Positions 27,351 through 36,239 of a DNA stretch of 64,000 nt are shown in pieces. Location: positions 27,901-91,900 of the forward strand of contig JBEKDI010000003.1 in the NCBI GenBank assembly GCA_050014435.1, in the 5' to 3' direction. Source of the stretch: Verrucomicrobiota bacterium (lineage in GTDB: Bacteria > Verrucomicrobiota > Verrucomicrobiia > Limisphaerales > Palsa-1400). The notes beneath the pieces are model-generated. The model saw nothing but the letters and a program-made list of their open reading frames with translations. It ran no database searches and had not been told where the DNA came from. The position numbers were made by a program, and so were the translations under genes. Within the stretch, counting starts at the first letter, position 1, and each line of letters begins with the position of its first letter.

Positions 27351-28304
27351 CTAGGAGTTTTCGCCGGCATTCGGCGAGACAAGCGCCTTGAGACAGGCAG
27401 CCGCCACTCGCATTTTCACGCTGCTGTCCTGGCGTTTCGCCCTGACTGTCACGAATTTGAAAAGGGCCGCGCTCCATCGGAGAACCAGGCGCATGAAGAT
27501 GATACAGGCAATGCCGAAGCGTCCCGCTGGTCCATGGTGTTTTTTCCAATAGCGCAGGACAGAGCGTTGCTGTGTTAACGCAAACCGCACAGGGTCCTTT
27601 TTGGTGGTACTGGCGCCGCGGTAATGGATGGCGCAGGCGTTTGGATAAAAAACAACACGCCAGCCAGCTTTCCAGCACCGCTTGCACCAATCAACGTCCT
27701 CTGCGTAGATAAAAAACCCTTCGTCCAGAAGTCCGAATTCGTCGAGAGCCGCGCGGCGGGCGACCCAGAAACAACCCACCAGGACATCCACATCCATCTG
27801 ACGGTCTCCCTTGAAGGCAAGCATGTGTTCGCCGCTGAAGAGGCGCGAACCCGGAAATGCCGTGGCCAGCCCCGAGGCGGAACAAAAATTATTCCACAAT
27901 GTCGGGAACCATCGACAAGAGCTTTGATGAGTCTTGTCCCCGTTAAGAATCTTCGGCCCGCAAAAGCCGACTTTGGGATTTTGATCCATAAAATCAGCCA
28001 GGGAGTCCACGCATTCTTCAAGCACTTTAATATCCGAATTGAGTAAATAGACGTACTTCCCCTGGCTGGCCATTACCCCCATATTATTGCCTTTTGGAAA
28101 GCCCAGGTTCTCCTTGTTCCTGATCAACTTGACTGCCGGGAACTTTGCCTCCACCATTTCTGGCGAGCCGTCCGTCGAGGCATTGTCAACCACTATGATT
28201 TCCATGGTCCGCGATTTTGTCGAATTCGCCAGGCTTTCCAGGCATTCCTTCAGGTGGTCCTTGTCGTTCCAGCTCAGAATGACGACGGAAATATCTATAG
28301 TCAT
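27351..28304 (-). CDS. Family 2 glycosyltransferase
   Basis: ISVVILSWNDKDHLKECLESL, VVDNASTDGS, and a DxD-like LNSDI. Confidence 0.85.
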   Translation of the reverse strand: MTIDISVVILSWNDKDHLKECLESLANSTKSRTMEIIVVDNASTDGSPEMVEAKFPAVKLIRNKENLGFPKGNNMGVMASQGKYVYLLNSDIKVLEECVDSLADFMDQNPKVGFCGPKILNGDKTHQSSCRWFPTLWNNFCSASGLATAFPGSRLFSGEHMLAFKGDRQMDVDVLVGCFWVARRAALDEFGLLDEGFFIYAEDVDWCKRCWKAGWRVVFYPNACAIHYRGASTTKKDPVRFALTQQRSVLRYWKKHHGPAGRFGIACIIFMRLVLRWSAALFKFVTVRAKRQDSSVKMRVAAACLKALVSPNAGENS

Positions 28305-28394
28305 TATTGTTTGAAGTTTAAATTAATGCGGCTGATCCCCCAAGACACGTTTGCCTCGCAGGCGCGCCAGTGCAGCCGAAGCATCCCGGAGCAG

Positions 28395-29447
28395 TCAGCT
28401 GCTCCTCATGCGCAGACCGCCGCGAGCCAGATCCGCGCCTTTCATGCAGAGATAACTCAGTGAATTCTCGCAACACTCCAACGGCGCAAGCCGTGTTATA
28501 TCGTCCCCCGAAAACCCCTTCTTGAAATGATAAACACCCGGGTTTCCAACCGGATCAATTCCTCCAAGATCGTAGTATTTGCACCCGTTTTCCTTGAGCC
28601 ATTTGATCATGTCCCACTGCAAAAGATAGGCTCCTTTGCTGTTCAAACCAGCCTCGCTGGTCGCGCCGAGAAGATAGATTCCCATGTTGCCAATGCCCGA
28701 ACAAACGATGCCGCTGACTGGGACGCCCTTGTCCTGGCATATCAGAATTCGCAGCCTTAACCCTTCGGGCAAGTCCGCGCTAATCCGCCCAAATTCCTCC
28801 ACATCCACCGCAGTGTCAAACTTTTTCCGGCTCCGCATGTCCTGGTAAAGTTTAAGAAACATCTGGTAATGTTCAGGCCCGCCGCCCTCCAGAATGGCCA
28901 GGTTGTTTTTCTCGGCGCGATTGAGCTGGTTCCGCCATTTTTGGTCGAGCGCCTTGCGCAACTCCTCCAGCGCGGGCGCAAGGCTCAAGACAATCGTTCT
29001 ATCCGGGCCGGAGGGTCCGGACGCCCCCGTGGCAAATTGGGAAAAGGCCGCCTGAAAAATGTCCGCCCGCGCCGAACCGGCAAAAGCGTTGGGCAGAATG
29101 CGCAAGAAAAGGCGCCGTTTCCGGACATATTCGGCGCGCAGCGCCTCTGCCATGTGACGCAGCGTTCCCAACTCAAGCTCCTGTCCGCGCAACAGGCACA
29201 GCGGCCCCCATCTCATGTACGCGATGCCGCAGTTGAGAAAGCCCGAGCGAATGATCCGAAGCTGCGCCATGCCCGCCACCCCGTCCCCGCGGCGCAAAAT
29301 GAGATGACTCAAATTCTCCCGGCCCCAGCGAACGGCCCCATAGCTCCACGTTTGGTAGAGGTTTGCGTCCTCGAACCGCCCCAAAAGTTCCGACCACTCG
29401 GCAGCCGTGACGGTGTCAATATCGGCCCGGTAAAGTGGGTCAACCAT
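28395..29447 (-). CDS. FemAB-family protein (aminoacyl-tRNA-dependent transferase fold; PEP-CTERM-locus type)
   Basis: GAYLLQWDMIKWLKENGCKYYDLGGI and GVYHFKKGFSG are typical of the FemAB / lipid II glycyltransferase family C-terminus. ATG 29447 is used (the track start is TTG). Confidence 0.7.
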   Translation of the reverse strand: MVDPLYRADIDTVTAAEWSELLGRFEDANLYQTWSYGAVRWGRENLSHLILRRGDGVAGMAQLRIIRSGFLNCGIAYMRWGPLCLLRGQELELGTLRHMAEALRAEYVRKRRLFLRILPNAFAGSARADIFQAAFSQFATGASGPSGPDRTIVLSLAPALEELRKALDQKWRNQLNRAEKNNLAILEGGGPEHYQMFLKLYQDMRSRKKFDTAVDVEEFGRISADLPEGLRLRILICQDKGVPVSGIVCSGIGNMGIYLLGATSEAGLNSKGAYLLQWDMIKWLKENGCKYYDLGGIDPVGNPGVYHFKKGFSGDDITRLAPLECCENSLSYLCMKGADLARGGLRMRSS

Positions 29448-30297
29448 GAATGGAATCTTTCCTTGGAGCAGGGTCCCCAAACCATGAACGAACCTTTCTT
29501 TTCCAAGCGGATGCCCTTCTCACCCATCGATACGCCCCGCATATCTTCAACTTGAACTCGACGTCCCAATCAGTCGGTTGAACGTCCACCCGCCCGATCA
29601 GACCTTCACCCATGGTTGAGAACATCTGTTGTGGAATTGAATCAAAAAAAAATCTGTACCCGGCTTCACTGGCGAGCCGCAATTCCCTTGCGCCGTAGCT
29701 TCCATACGGAAAGCTGAACGCATTAATTTCGCGCCCGAGGATGGCTTCCAGTGATAATTTGGATTTCTGGAGTTCCTGCCTTGCTTCGGCTTCAGGCAGC
29801 AACGCGAGGTCGGCATGCATCACCCCGTGCGATCCGAAACCCACGTTGCCAAATTTGGCAATTCGCTTGAGGTCGTCTGCCGAAGCCACGGCTTCGCCGA
29901 CTTTGTTTTCCCCGCCATAATCATCCCAGGAAGAGTTTCGGCCCAAATAACCGGTGGGCGGGAACAGGGTTACAGGAATATTGCGCTGACACAATTCCGG
30001 CAGTCCGTTGGCCACGAAACTTTGGAATACATCGTCCACTGTGATGGCGACATAACGACGCCCCTTTTCCAGACGCAATTCCTTCCCCGCCGGGATGGGT
30101 TTGGCCAAGCGGAGAAGCGTGTCGAGTTGCCTGCAAAACCGTGATTTTGAATCGCTGAAAATAGAATGGTAATTGATGACGACACAAGCTCCGGCGGACT
30201 GGCGCGTTCCAGACAGCCTCCCAGCCAATCCATCCCACAATGCTACGCCGAGGCTGATTGCCAGTTTAATCAAACGGTCAATCATATCTTGCCACAC
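29440..30297 (-). CDS. Polysaccharide deacetylase (CE4/NodB-like) family protein with N-terminal TM helix
   Basis: YVAITVDDVFQSF (NodB motif 1-like TxDD) and GFGSHGVMH (His motif). The start is GTG 30297 or ATG 30285. Confidence 0.65.
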   Translation of the reverse strand: MWQDMIDRLIKLAISLGVALWDGLAGRLSGTRQSAGACVVINYHSIFSDSKSRFCRQLDTLLRLAKPIPAGKELRLEKGRRYVAITVDDVFQSFVANGLPELCQRNIPVTLFPPTGYLGRNSSWDDYGGENKVGEAVASADDLKRIAKFGNVGFGSHGVMHADLALLPEAEARQELQKSKLSLEAILGREINAFSFPYGSYGARELRLASEAGYRFFFDSIPQQMFSTMGEGLIGRVDVQPTDWDVEFKLKICGAYRWVRRASAWKRKVRSWFGDPAPRKDSIHG

Positions 30298-30333
30298 CCG
30301 GTTTTCTTAACGACCCAAGAAAGGCCGACGCTG

Positions 30334-31788
30334 CTATGCCGGTTTCCATCTGGAAACCCTACTGCTGACCACCTCACACGCTTCAGAGAAGGCAGACAAC
30401 CGGCAGACCCGGCAACCCAGAAAATAGACGATCATGCCGGTTGCGACCTCAGCCGCCAACCGGCTGAAATTTCCACCCCAGGGCGGCAGCCCGCCAGCCA
30501 GCCAAACGCACACTCCCATCAGTGCGGAGATTCCCAGATAAGGCAGCAAATCCAGGATTTGCTCCTCCCAGGAGTAGCCGATCAACCGAATAGAATAATA
30601 GCTGTTAAGATAACAGGAAATGATGGAAACCACGATATCCCCGATAAGCAGTCCTTTGACTCCGTGGCGAAATGACAACGCAACCGCCGCAACCACGAAC
30701 ATCTTTTTGATGATTTCAAGTCGCAAAAACAAATCGGAACGGCCCTGTGCGGCAAGCGCATTCAGATGAATGAGACTTAACGGGTAAAGCGCGCCGCCAA
30801 CACACAACAACTGAATGTAGGGAACACACGCTTCCCATTTCTTTGTCAGCAGTACCAGCACAAGCGGCCGGGCAGTCACGGCCAAACCAATCATCGCGGG
30901 AAAGTTTATCATAACCAGTCCCCGGGCGGCCTTTCTTACGCCGCGCTTTAACACCGTTTTGTCCTGCTGAACGGAGGCGAAAATAGGAAACGAGACCCGG
31001 CCGACGATGCTGCAAAGGTTATCCACCGGCAGTTGCTGCATTTGTTTGGCTCTCGTGAACAAGCCAAGCGCGGCGGGGGTGTAAATCCGGCCGATAACTA
31101 GCGAATAGATCTCCGTGAAAATGTTATTGAGCAGGTTGGATGCAAAAAGTCTCGATCCGTAAGGCAACAATTCCCGCAAAGACGAGAAGCTGAATGCCGC
31201 CGAAGGCCGCCAGTCATGCCACGCCCACAACAAGATCACCCGCAACACATCTCCAATGAGCGCCTGAAACGCGAGGCTCAGCACACCAAAGCCCTGGAGC
31301 GCCATCCCAACCGCGATTCCACCCGATATGACCGTGGAGACGACACTTACTTTTAACTGGGTCTTGAAATCTATTTCCTTGTTCAGAAGCATGGTCTGGA
31401 CAATGCCGAACGAATTGATGACGACATCCAGCGCCATGAGCCGCGCCAGGCTGGTCAGAATGGGTTGACGGTAGAAATTCGCAATCCAAGGAGCCGCAAC
31501 ATACAGCAAACAACCGGCGAACACCCCAAAAGCGATGTTAAAATAAAAAACGGAACATTCATCGCGGTGAGTCGCATTTTGTTTCTGAATCAAGCCTTCG
31601 CCAAACCCGCAATTCACGAATACCTGGGCGACCCCTATGAAAATTCCCAGCATCCCAATCAGGCCGAATTCCGCGGGCACGAGCAGGCGGGCGAGGATCA
31701 CGCCGATCGCAAACCGGATCAGTTGCCCGGAAAGCCGCTCCAGGCCGCTCCAGATCACGGCGTTAACGGCTTTGTGTTTGATGCTCAT
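30334..31788 (-). CDS. Wzx-type MOP-superfamily polysaccharide flippase
   Basis: 484 aa with ~12-14 TM helices. The N-terminus MSIKHKAVNAVIWSGLERLSGQLIRFAIGVILARLL is typical of polysaccharide biosynthesis (PST) flippases. Confidence 0.8.
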   Translation of the reverse strand: MSIKHKAVNAVIWSGLERLSGQLIRFAIGVILARLLVPAEFGLIGMLGIFIGVAQVFVNCGFGEGLIQKQNATHRDECSVFYFNIAFGVFAGCLLYVAAPWIANFYRQPILTSLARLMALDVVINSFGIVQTMLLNKEIDFKTQLKVSVVSTVISGGIAVGMALQGFGVLSLAFQALIGDVLRVILLWAWHDWRPSAAFSFSSLRELLPYGSRLFASNLLNNIFTEIYSLVIGRIYTPAALGLFTRAKQMQQLPVDNLCSIVGRVSFPIFASVQQDKTVLKRGVRKAARGLVMINFPAMIGLAVTARPLVLVLLTKKWEACVPYIQLLCVGGALYPLSLIHLNALAAQGRSDLFLRLEIIKKMFVVAAVALSFRHGVKGLLIGDIVVSIISCYLNSYYSIRLIGYSWEEQILDLLPYLGISALMGVCVWLAGGLPPWGGNFSRLAAEVATGMIVYFLGCRVCRLSAFSEACEVVSSRVSRWKPA

Positions 31789-31848
31789 TACTGATTTCGA
31801 GGGGCGGCATCCATGTCCTGGCCGCTCACTGTGTTGGCATGTTTATTT

Positions 31849-33168
31849 TCAGACATAATCTTCAAAGAGCAAGTCGATCATGGATGGGTCAAGGGTGACA
31901 ATTCCCGTTTTATCATGAACCGCCTTTCTTTCAGCAAAGCTGTCGTCAATAAATATCGCATCTTTTTCTTTGATAAAACCTGCTTTGGATTCTGTTGTCC
32001 CCAAGTGCACGATCTCATCAAAAAGATTATCCAGGCGCCACCGGCGCAATTCGGGTTTCAAATCGCCATCGTGTCTGGTTAGCAGAACCAGCCGGCATCC
32101 GCGATTTAACCCCTGGTAAAGCAATTTTATAAGTTCGACGTTCAATCTTCCGCGAATGACAAGCGTGTCGTCATAATCCACATACAATGTTTGGTAACGG
32201 ATGTTGTGGCGATAGCGGTTTATTAATGCACGGTCGATTTCGACCTGATAACTCCCGGGCAGAATCTGCACAGACAACCGTTCCGCTTCGTACAAGCTCA
32301 ACAGCGGCAGATTTACGCCATGCACCCGACTTAAAGCCGATGTGCCCCCTATGCGGGGGGCGACTTCCAGTACTTTTAATTCGCCATGCCCGTCGCCCTT
32401 GACCTGAAAAAACCACGCGCCGCGCAGCTCAATTACCGTGGAAATCTTTTCCGCATATTCCCCGAACCGTTTGTCATCGACCACCATGGAATCCATGGCA
32501 ATGCCTGAGCGAATTCTCCGCCGTTGCCGCCCGCACGCATATTGCAAACCGCGCTCCCGGTCGGAAAAACAGTCCACCGTGAATTCCGGTCCTTCAAGGT
32601 ATTCAAGGATAATTCGATCGGAATCCTGTGCCAGTAATGCTGCGAGCTCACCGGGGGTTTTTGCCACGGCAGTGCGTTGCGAACCTTGTCCGCGGTCTGG
32701 CTTTAAGAAAACCGGCCACAGCTTGATCTGCTCTGTTCTCTGAAATAACTCTGGAACGGGAACAATACCGGACAATCGCTGCAGCGTCGCGGTTTTTGAT
32801 CGCGTAAGCCGGCATGTTTCCAAGGTAGACGTGATAATTTTTGCCTTTAGTTTGAGGGCGTTTTCCGATAAGGCCAGCAGTGCATCGTCATGCGCCGGGA
32901 AAATGTGGGTGATTTGATTTTCCTCCACCAAGGCAGACAGTTCATCCAACCATTCGGCCTGGCTGATTTCTGGAATTATGAAATGACGGGCAAATACGTA
33001 CGGTGCGTGATTTGAAACACTGCTGCCGGCCGAAAAAAGCATAATCTCCTTGCAGCACCCCAACGCTTGACGCAATTCCAATGCAAGTTCGGTGGCTCCA
33101 GGGAATACAAGAACCCGCCATCGGATACCTTTGCCCGGCTGGTTCGAAGTTTCGGAAGCTTCTGTCAT
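31849..33168 (-). CDS. ATP-grasp ligase fused to a C-terminal HAD-like phosphatase domain
   Basis: aa ~15-320 are ATP-grasp-like (PVFLKPDRGQGSQ, ILEYLEGPEFTVDC, LEVAPRIGGT). aa 327-439 carry HAD motifs I DYDDT (DxDxT), II VLLTRH and IV IFIDDS. Confidence 0.7.
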   Translation of the reverse strand: MTEASETSNQPGKGIRWRVLVFPGATELALELRQALGCCKEIMLFSAGSSVSNHAPYVFARHFIIPEISQAEWLDELSALVEENQITHIFPAHDDALLALSENALKLKAKIITSTLETCRLTRSKTATLQRLSGIVPVPELFQRTEQIKLWPVFLKPDRGQGSQRTAVAKTPGELAALLAQDSDRIILEYLEGPEFTVDCFSDRERGLQYACGRQRRRIRSGIAMDSMVVDDKRFGEYAEKISTVIELRGAWFFQVKGDGHGELKVLEVAPRIGGTSALSRVHGVNLPLLSLYEAERLSVQILPGSYQVEIDRALINRYRHNIRYQTLYVDYDDTLVIRGRLNVELIKLLYQGLNRGCRLVLLTRHDGDLKPELRRWRLDNLFDEIVHLGTTESKAGFIKEKDAIFIDDSFAERKAVHDKTGIVTLDPSMIDLLFEDYV

Positions 33169-33173
33169 AGTAC

Positions 33174-34379
33174 TTACAAAGCTACCAGGTGGGCCGGCCA
33201 GCCGTCATCGGTGGAGTGCGGCGTCTTCTTTGATGCGGCTCCCGGACGGTTTAGGCAAAGATGCGCAATTATGTCGCAAATTCGATCTGCGTCTTCCGAC
33301 CCGAGAGAGTCGTAAATGGGCAAGGTCAGAATGCGCCCGGCGATTCTTCGCGCATTCGTCAGCAGATCCTTGATCGAGAGGCCGCGGTAACAGGCGAATT
33401 CAGGCACCAATGGATAAAAGTAGCGGCGGGTGAATACATTATATCGTTGCAGTGCGGAGTAAAGCTGATTGCGATCCATGCCAAATTGTTCCGCGTCTAT
33501 CTCCACTGGAAAATAAGAATAATTGAATTCTACGTCGGCGGAAGGCAGTCGAGGAATGTGAATACCTGGAATCTCCTTGAGCCGTGTGCGGTAGAGCGCG
33601 TCGATCTGTTGCCGCCGCGAAATGATTCCGCCCATGTGCCCCAGGATTTGTGAACCCATTAACGCCTGGAACTCGTTCATTTTCGCATTCGTGCCGGGCA
33701 TAACCACTTCCGTCTCGCCATCGAACCCGAAGTTTTTCAGATAATCGAATACCTTCATCCGTCCCGGGTCGGAAAACATCAACATGCCACCCTCGATCGA
33801 GTGAAACAGTTTGGTGGCGTGGAAACTGAACATGCTCAAGTCCCCGTAGTGGCCGATGGAACGCCCGTCCACCGTCACGCCGAACGCGTGGGCGGCATCA
33901 TAAAGCAGGAGCAGCTTGTGACGCCGCGCTATCTCCGCCAGTTCTTTCAGTCGGCAGGGGTAACCATAGACATGCACGGCCAGAATCGCGGTTGTCCAGG
34001 GAGTAATCGCTTCTTCGACCCGCGCCGGATCGAGGGTGTAATGTTCCGGCTCAATATCCACAAACACGGGGCGAATTTTGTTCCAATACAGCGCGTGGGT
34101 GGTGGCGACGAAGGTGAACGGCGTGGTGACGACCTCGCCCGACAACTGCAGTCCTTGCAGCGCGATTTGCAGCGCCAGGGTTCCGTTGTTGAAAAGGCAA
34201 AGATTGTCCGTCTTGAAGTAGCGGCACAGCTCCTTTTGGAATCGTTGCAACGCCGGCCCATTGTTGGTCAGCCACTTGTTGCTCCAAATCTCCTGAAGCC
34301 CACTGGTGAAATCGGCAAGCGGCGGGAGAAATGGCCGCGTGACATAAATCGGTTTTTCAAATGGCTCAGGCATAATCAT
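33174..34379 (-). CDS. DegT-family PLP-dependent aminotransferase
   Basis: FNNGTLAL, FVATTHAL, YDAAHAFG, SFHATKLF (PLP lysine). 401 aa. Confidence 0.85.
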   Translation of the reverse strand: MIMPEPFEKPIYVTRPFLPPLADFTSGLQEIWSNKWLTNNGPALQRFQKELCRYFKTDNLCLFNNGTLALQIALQGLQLSGEVVTTPFTFVATTHALYWNKIRPVFVDIEPEHYTLDPARVEEAITPWTTAILAVHVYGYPCRLKELAEIARRHKLLLLYDAAHAFGVTVDGRSIGHYGDLSMFSFHATKLFHSIEGGMLMFSDPGRMKVFDYLKNFGFDGETEVVMPGTNAKMNEFQALMGSQILGHMGGIISRRQQIDALYRTRLKEIPGIHIPRLPSADVEFNYSYFPVEIDAEQFGMDRNQLYSALQRYNVFTRRYFYPLVPEFACYRGLSIKDLLTNARRIAGRILTLPIYDSLGSEDADRICDIIAHLCLNRPGAASKKTPHSTDDGWPAHLVAL

Positions 34380-34388
34380 AACATATCT

Positions 34389-35510
34389 TCAGAACTTCCT
34401 TGCGTTCCAGCGGTTTCGCATCCCTTGTGCGTGGGGAAGGAGCAGAGATTCGAGGGCACGCCACCGGAGTTGCCCGCGATCGGGCGCGGATGACCGGTTG
34501 CGGGCGATTTCGGACAGGTTTGTCCTGAAACATCTCAAAGCCGGACCATATTTGCCAGTCTTGCTGAAGGCTCCCGTCAACATGGCAAGCGTCCGAGAGA
34601 CGCCAATGGCACAAGCTGACTGCAGGCTGGGCGGAAGGATTGACTCAAGGCATTTCCACAGCTCCACGTTCCATTGCAGCCGGGCTTCACCCGAATTTGG
34701 GCTGAAAACGCCGCCGGCATGGATTCGGTACATACTCCAAATCCGAGGCATGGTCCGCGCTGTTCCCTGGAGCATGGCGCAGACTATGATCGGGTAATCT
34801 CCAAAACGGGACGACCTGAACTTTTCCCATGGCATTGGTTTTCCCCGGCGCAGAAGCCAAGTGGAGGTATGGATGTTTCCAACGTCTCTTCTCAATATGG
34901 CGTCGATCGTGAACGATTCAACCGGCTGGGTGGGAGTGACACTGATGATCCAGGGTTTTTCCTCCTGCAGACAGGCAGCGTAGTGACACGAGGCAGCAAG
35001 ACCTGAATCAGCCTCAAGTTGATTGACCTGCGTTTGCAATTTATGGGGGTTGAGCCAGTAATCATCCCCCTCCAAAAGGGCGATATACTTTCCCCGACAT
35101 GCATCAAACGTCGAAGCCGTATTGAACATGTAAGGGGCTGCGAAGTTGTTGCGGGCGGGATTCGAACGATTCCTCAGGAAAAGACGGATTTTGTCCGGAT
35201 GCTTCCGGGCATATTCAATGCATATCTCGCGCGTGCCATCGGTCGACCCGTCTTCGCCTATACAAATCTCGTATGGGAAATCAACATTCTGCATCAGCAC
35301 ACTGTCAATCGCCTCCTTGATGAATGAAGCATGTTGATAGGTGATCATAAAAACGCTCACCAAAGGTTCCGCTGGAAGCTTGGAATGGTCACTGTATTCA
35401 ACATCGCCGCCCGATGCCGCGGAGAGAGGCATGCTTTCAAGCTGGTTCATGGAATTCGCCACGGGCATGTCCTGCGGATCGGCGGCAACGGGGGGCCAAG
35501 CCACAATCAT
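34389..35510 (-). CDS. Family 2 glycosyltransferase
   Basis: VSVFMITYQHASFIKEAIDSVLMQ, ICIGEDGSTDGT, LEGDDYW (DxD). Confidence 0.85.
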   Translation of the reverse strand: MIVAWPPVAADPQDMPVANSMNQLESMPLSAASGGDVEYSDHSKLPAEPLVSVFMITYQHASFIKEAIDSVLMQNVDFPYEICIGEDGSTDGTREICIEYARKHPDKIRLFLRNRSNPARNNFAAPYMFNTASTFDACRGKYIALLEGDDYWLNPHKLQTQVNQLEADSGLAASCHYAACLQEEKPWIISVTPTQPVESFTIDAILRRDVGNIHTSTWLLRRGKPMPWEKFRSSRFGDYPIIVCAMLQGTARTMPRIWSMYRIHAGGVFSPNSGEARLQWNVELWKCLESILPPSLQSACAIGVSRTLAMLTGAFSKTGKYGPALRCFRTNLSEIARNRSSAPDRGQLRWRALESLLLPHAQGMRNRWNARKF

Positions 35511-35513
35511 CTT

Positions 35514-36176
35514 TCAGCGCTGAATACTTCCTGGTTCTAAAGAAACCCGTTCCCAGGCGCCAGTCTCCCGATTATACCGTTTGACCACTCGCGCGGGCGC
35601 GCCAACCGCCACGGAAAAGTCAGGAATGGACGAATTAACAACAGAATTGGCTCCAATAACACAGTGTTCCCCGATGGTTGCGCCCGGCAGCACGACGACG
35701 TTCTGTCCCAGCCAGGAGTTCCGGCCAATGGAGACGGGTGCGATGCCTTTGATGCCTTGATGCATAATCGGTAACTCAATGTTTTCAAAGGCATGGGCGT
35801 GGTCCGAGATATAAACATTGCGGGCCAAAAGGACATGGTCACCGATCGCCACTTTGCAAGCCGCCGAAATAGATGCGCCCATGCCGATGCCGGCATAGGA
35901 CCCGATAACGAGCTTGGTCTCGTTATTGTGTTTGCCATCAGGAACGGTTTGAATCCAGCAATCCCGCTCAATCTGAGCGCCTTGGCCGAGGACGATTTCG
36001 TTTAGACCGTGGAACCGAAATGGGGGCGAGATTCTTGATCCCAAACCCGCCTCCTTGAATTGTGTTGAGAGCAGGAGAGTGAAAAGCCGAGTTCGGATTT
36101 TCGAACACAAATACAATACCCCTTCTATCGCTCCGATGGTCATAAGAAGGTTTTTAATCAGCTCTCTGGTTTCCAT
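35514..36176 (-). CDS. Hexapeptide-repeat (LbH) O-/N-acetyltransferase
   Basis: Left-handed beta-helix repeats: IGDHVLLARNVYISD, IGRNSWLGQNVVVLPGATIGEHCVIGANSVVNSSIPDFSVAVGAPARVV. Confidence 0.8.
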   Translation of the reverse strand: METRELIKNLLMTIGAIEGVLYLCSKIRTRLFTLLLSTQFKEAGLGSRISPPFRFHGLNEIVLGQGAQIERDCWIQTVPDGKHNNETKLVIGSYAGIGMGASISAACKVAIGDHVLLARNVYISDHAHAFENIELPIMHQGIKGIAPVSIGRNSWLGQNVVVLPGATIGEHCVIGANSVVNSSIPDFSVAVGAPARVVKRYNRETGAWERVSLEPGSIQR

Positions 36177-36239
36177 CCAAATTCGAGCCTCATTACCTCG
36201 GCTGGCACTCGAACGAAAACAGACGTTTTTTTCCGGCAG

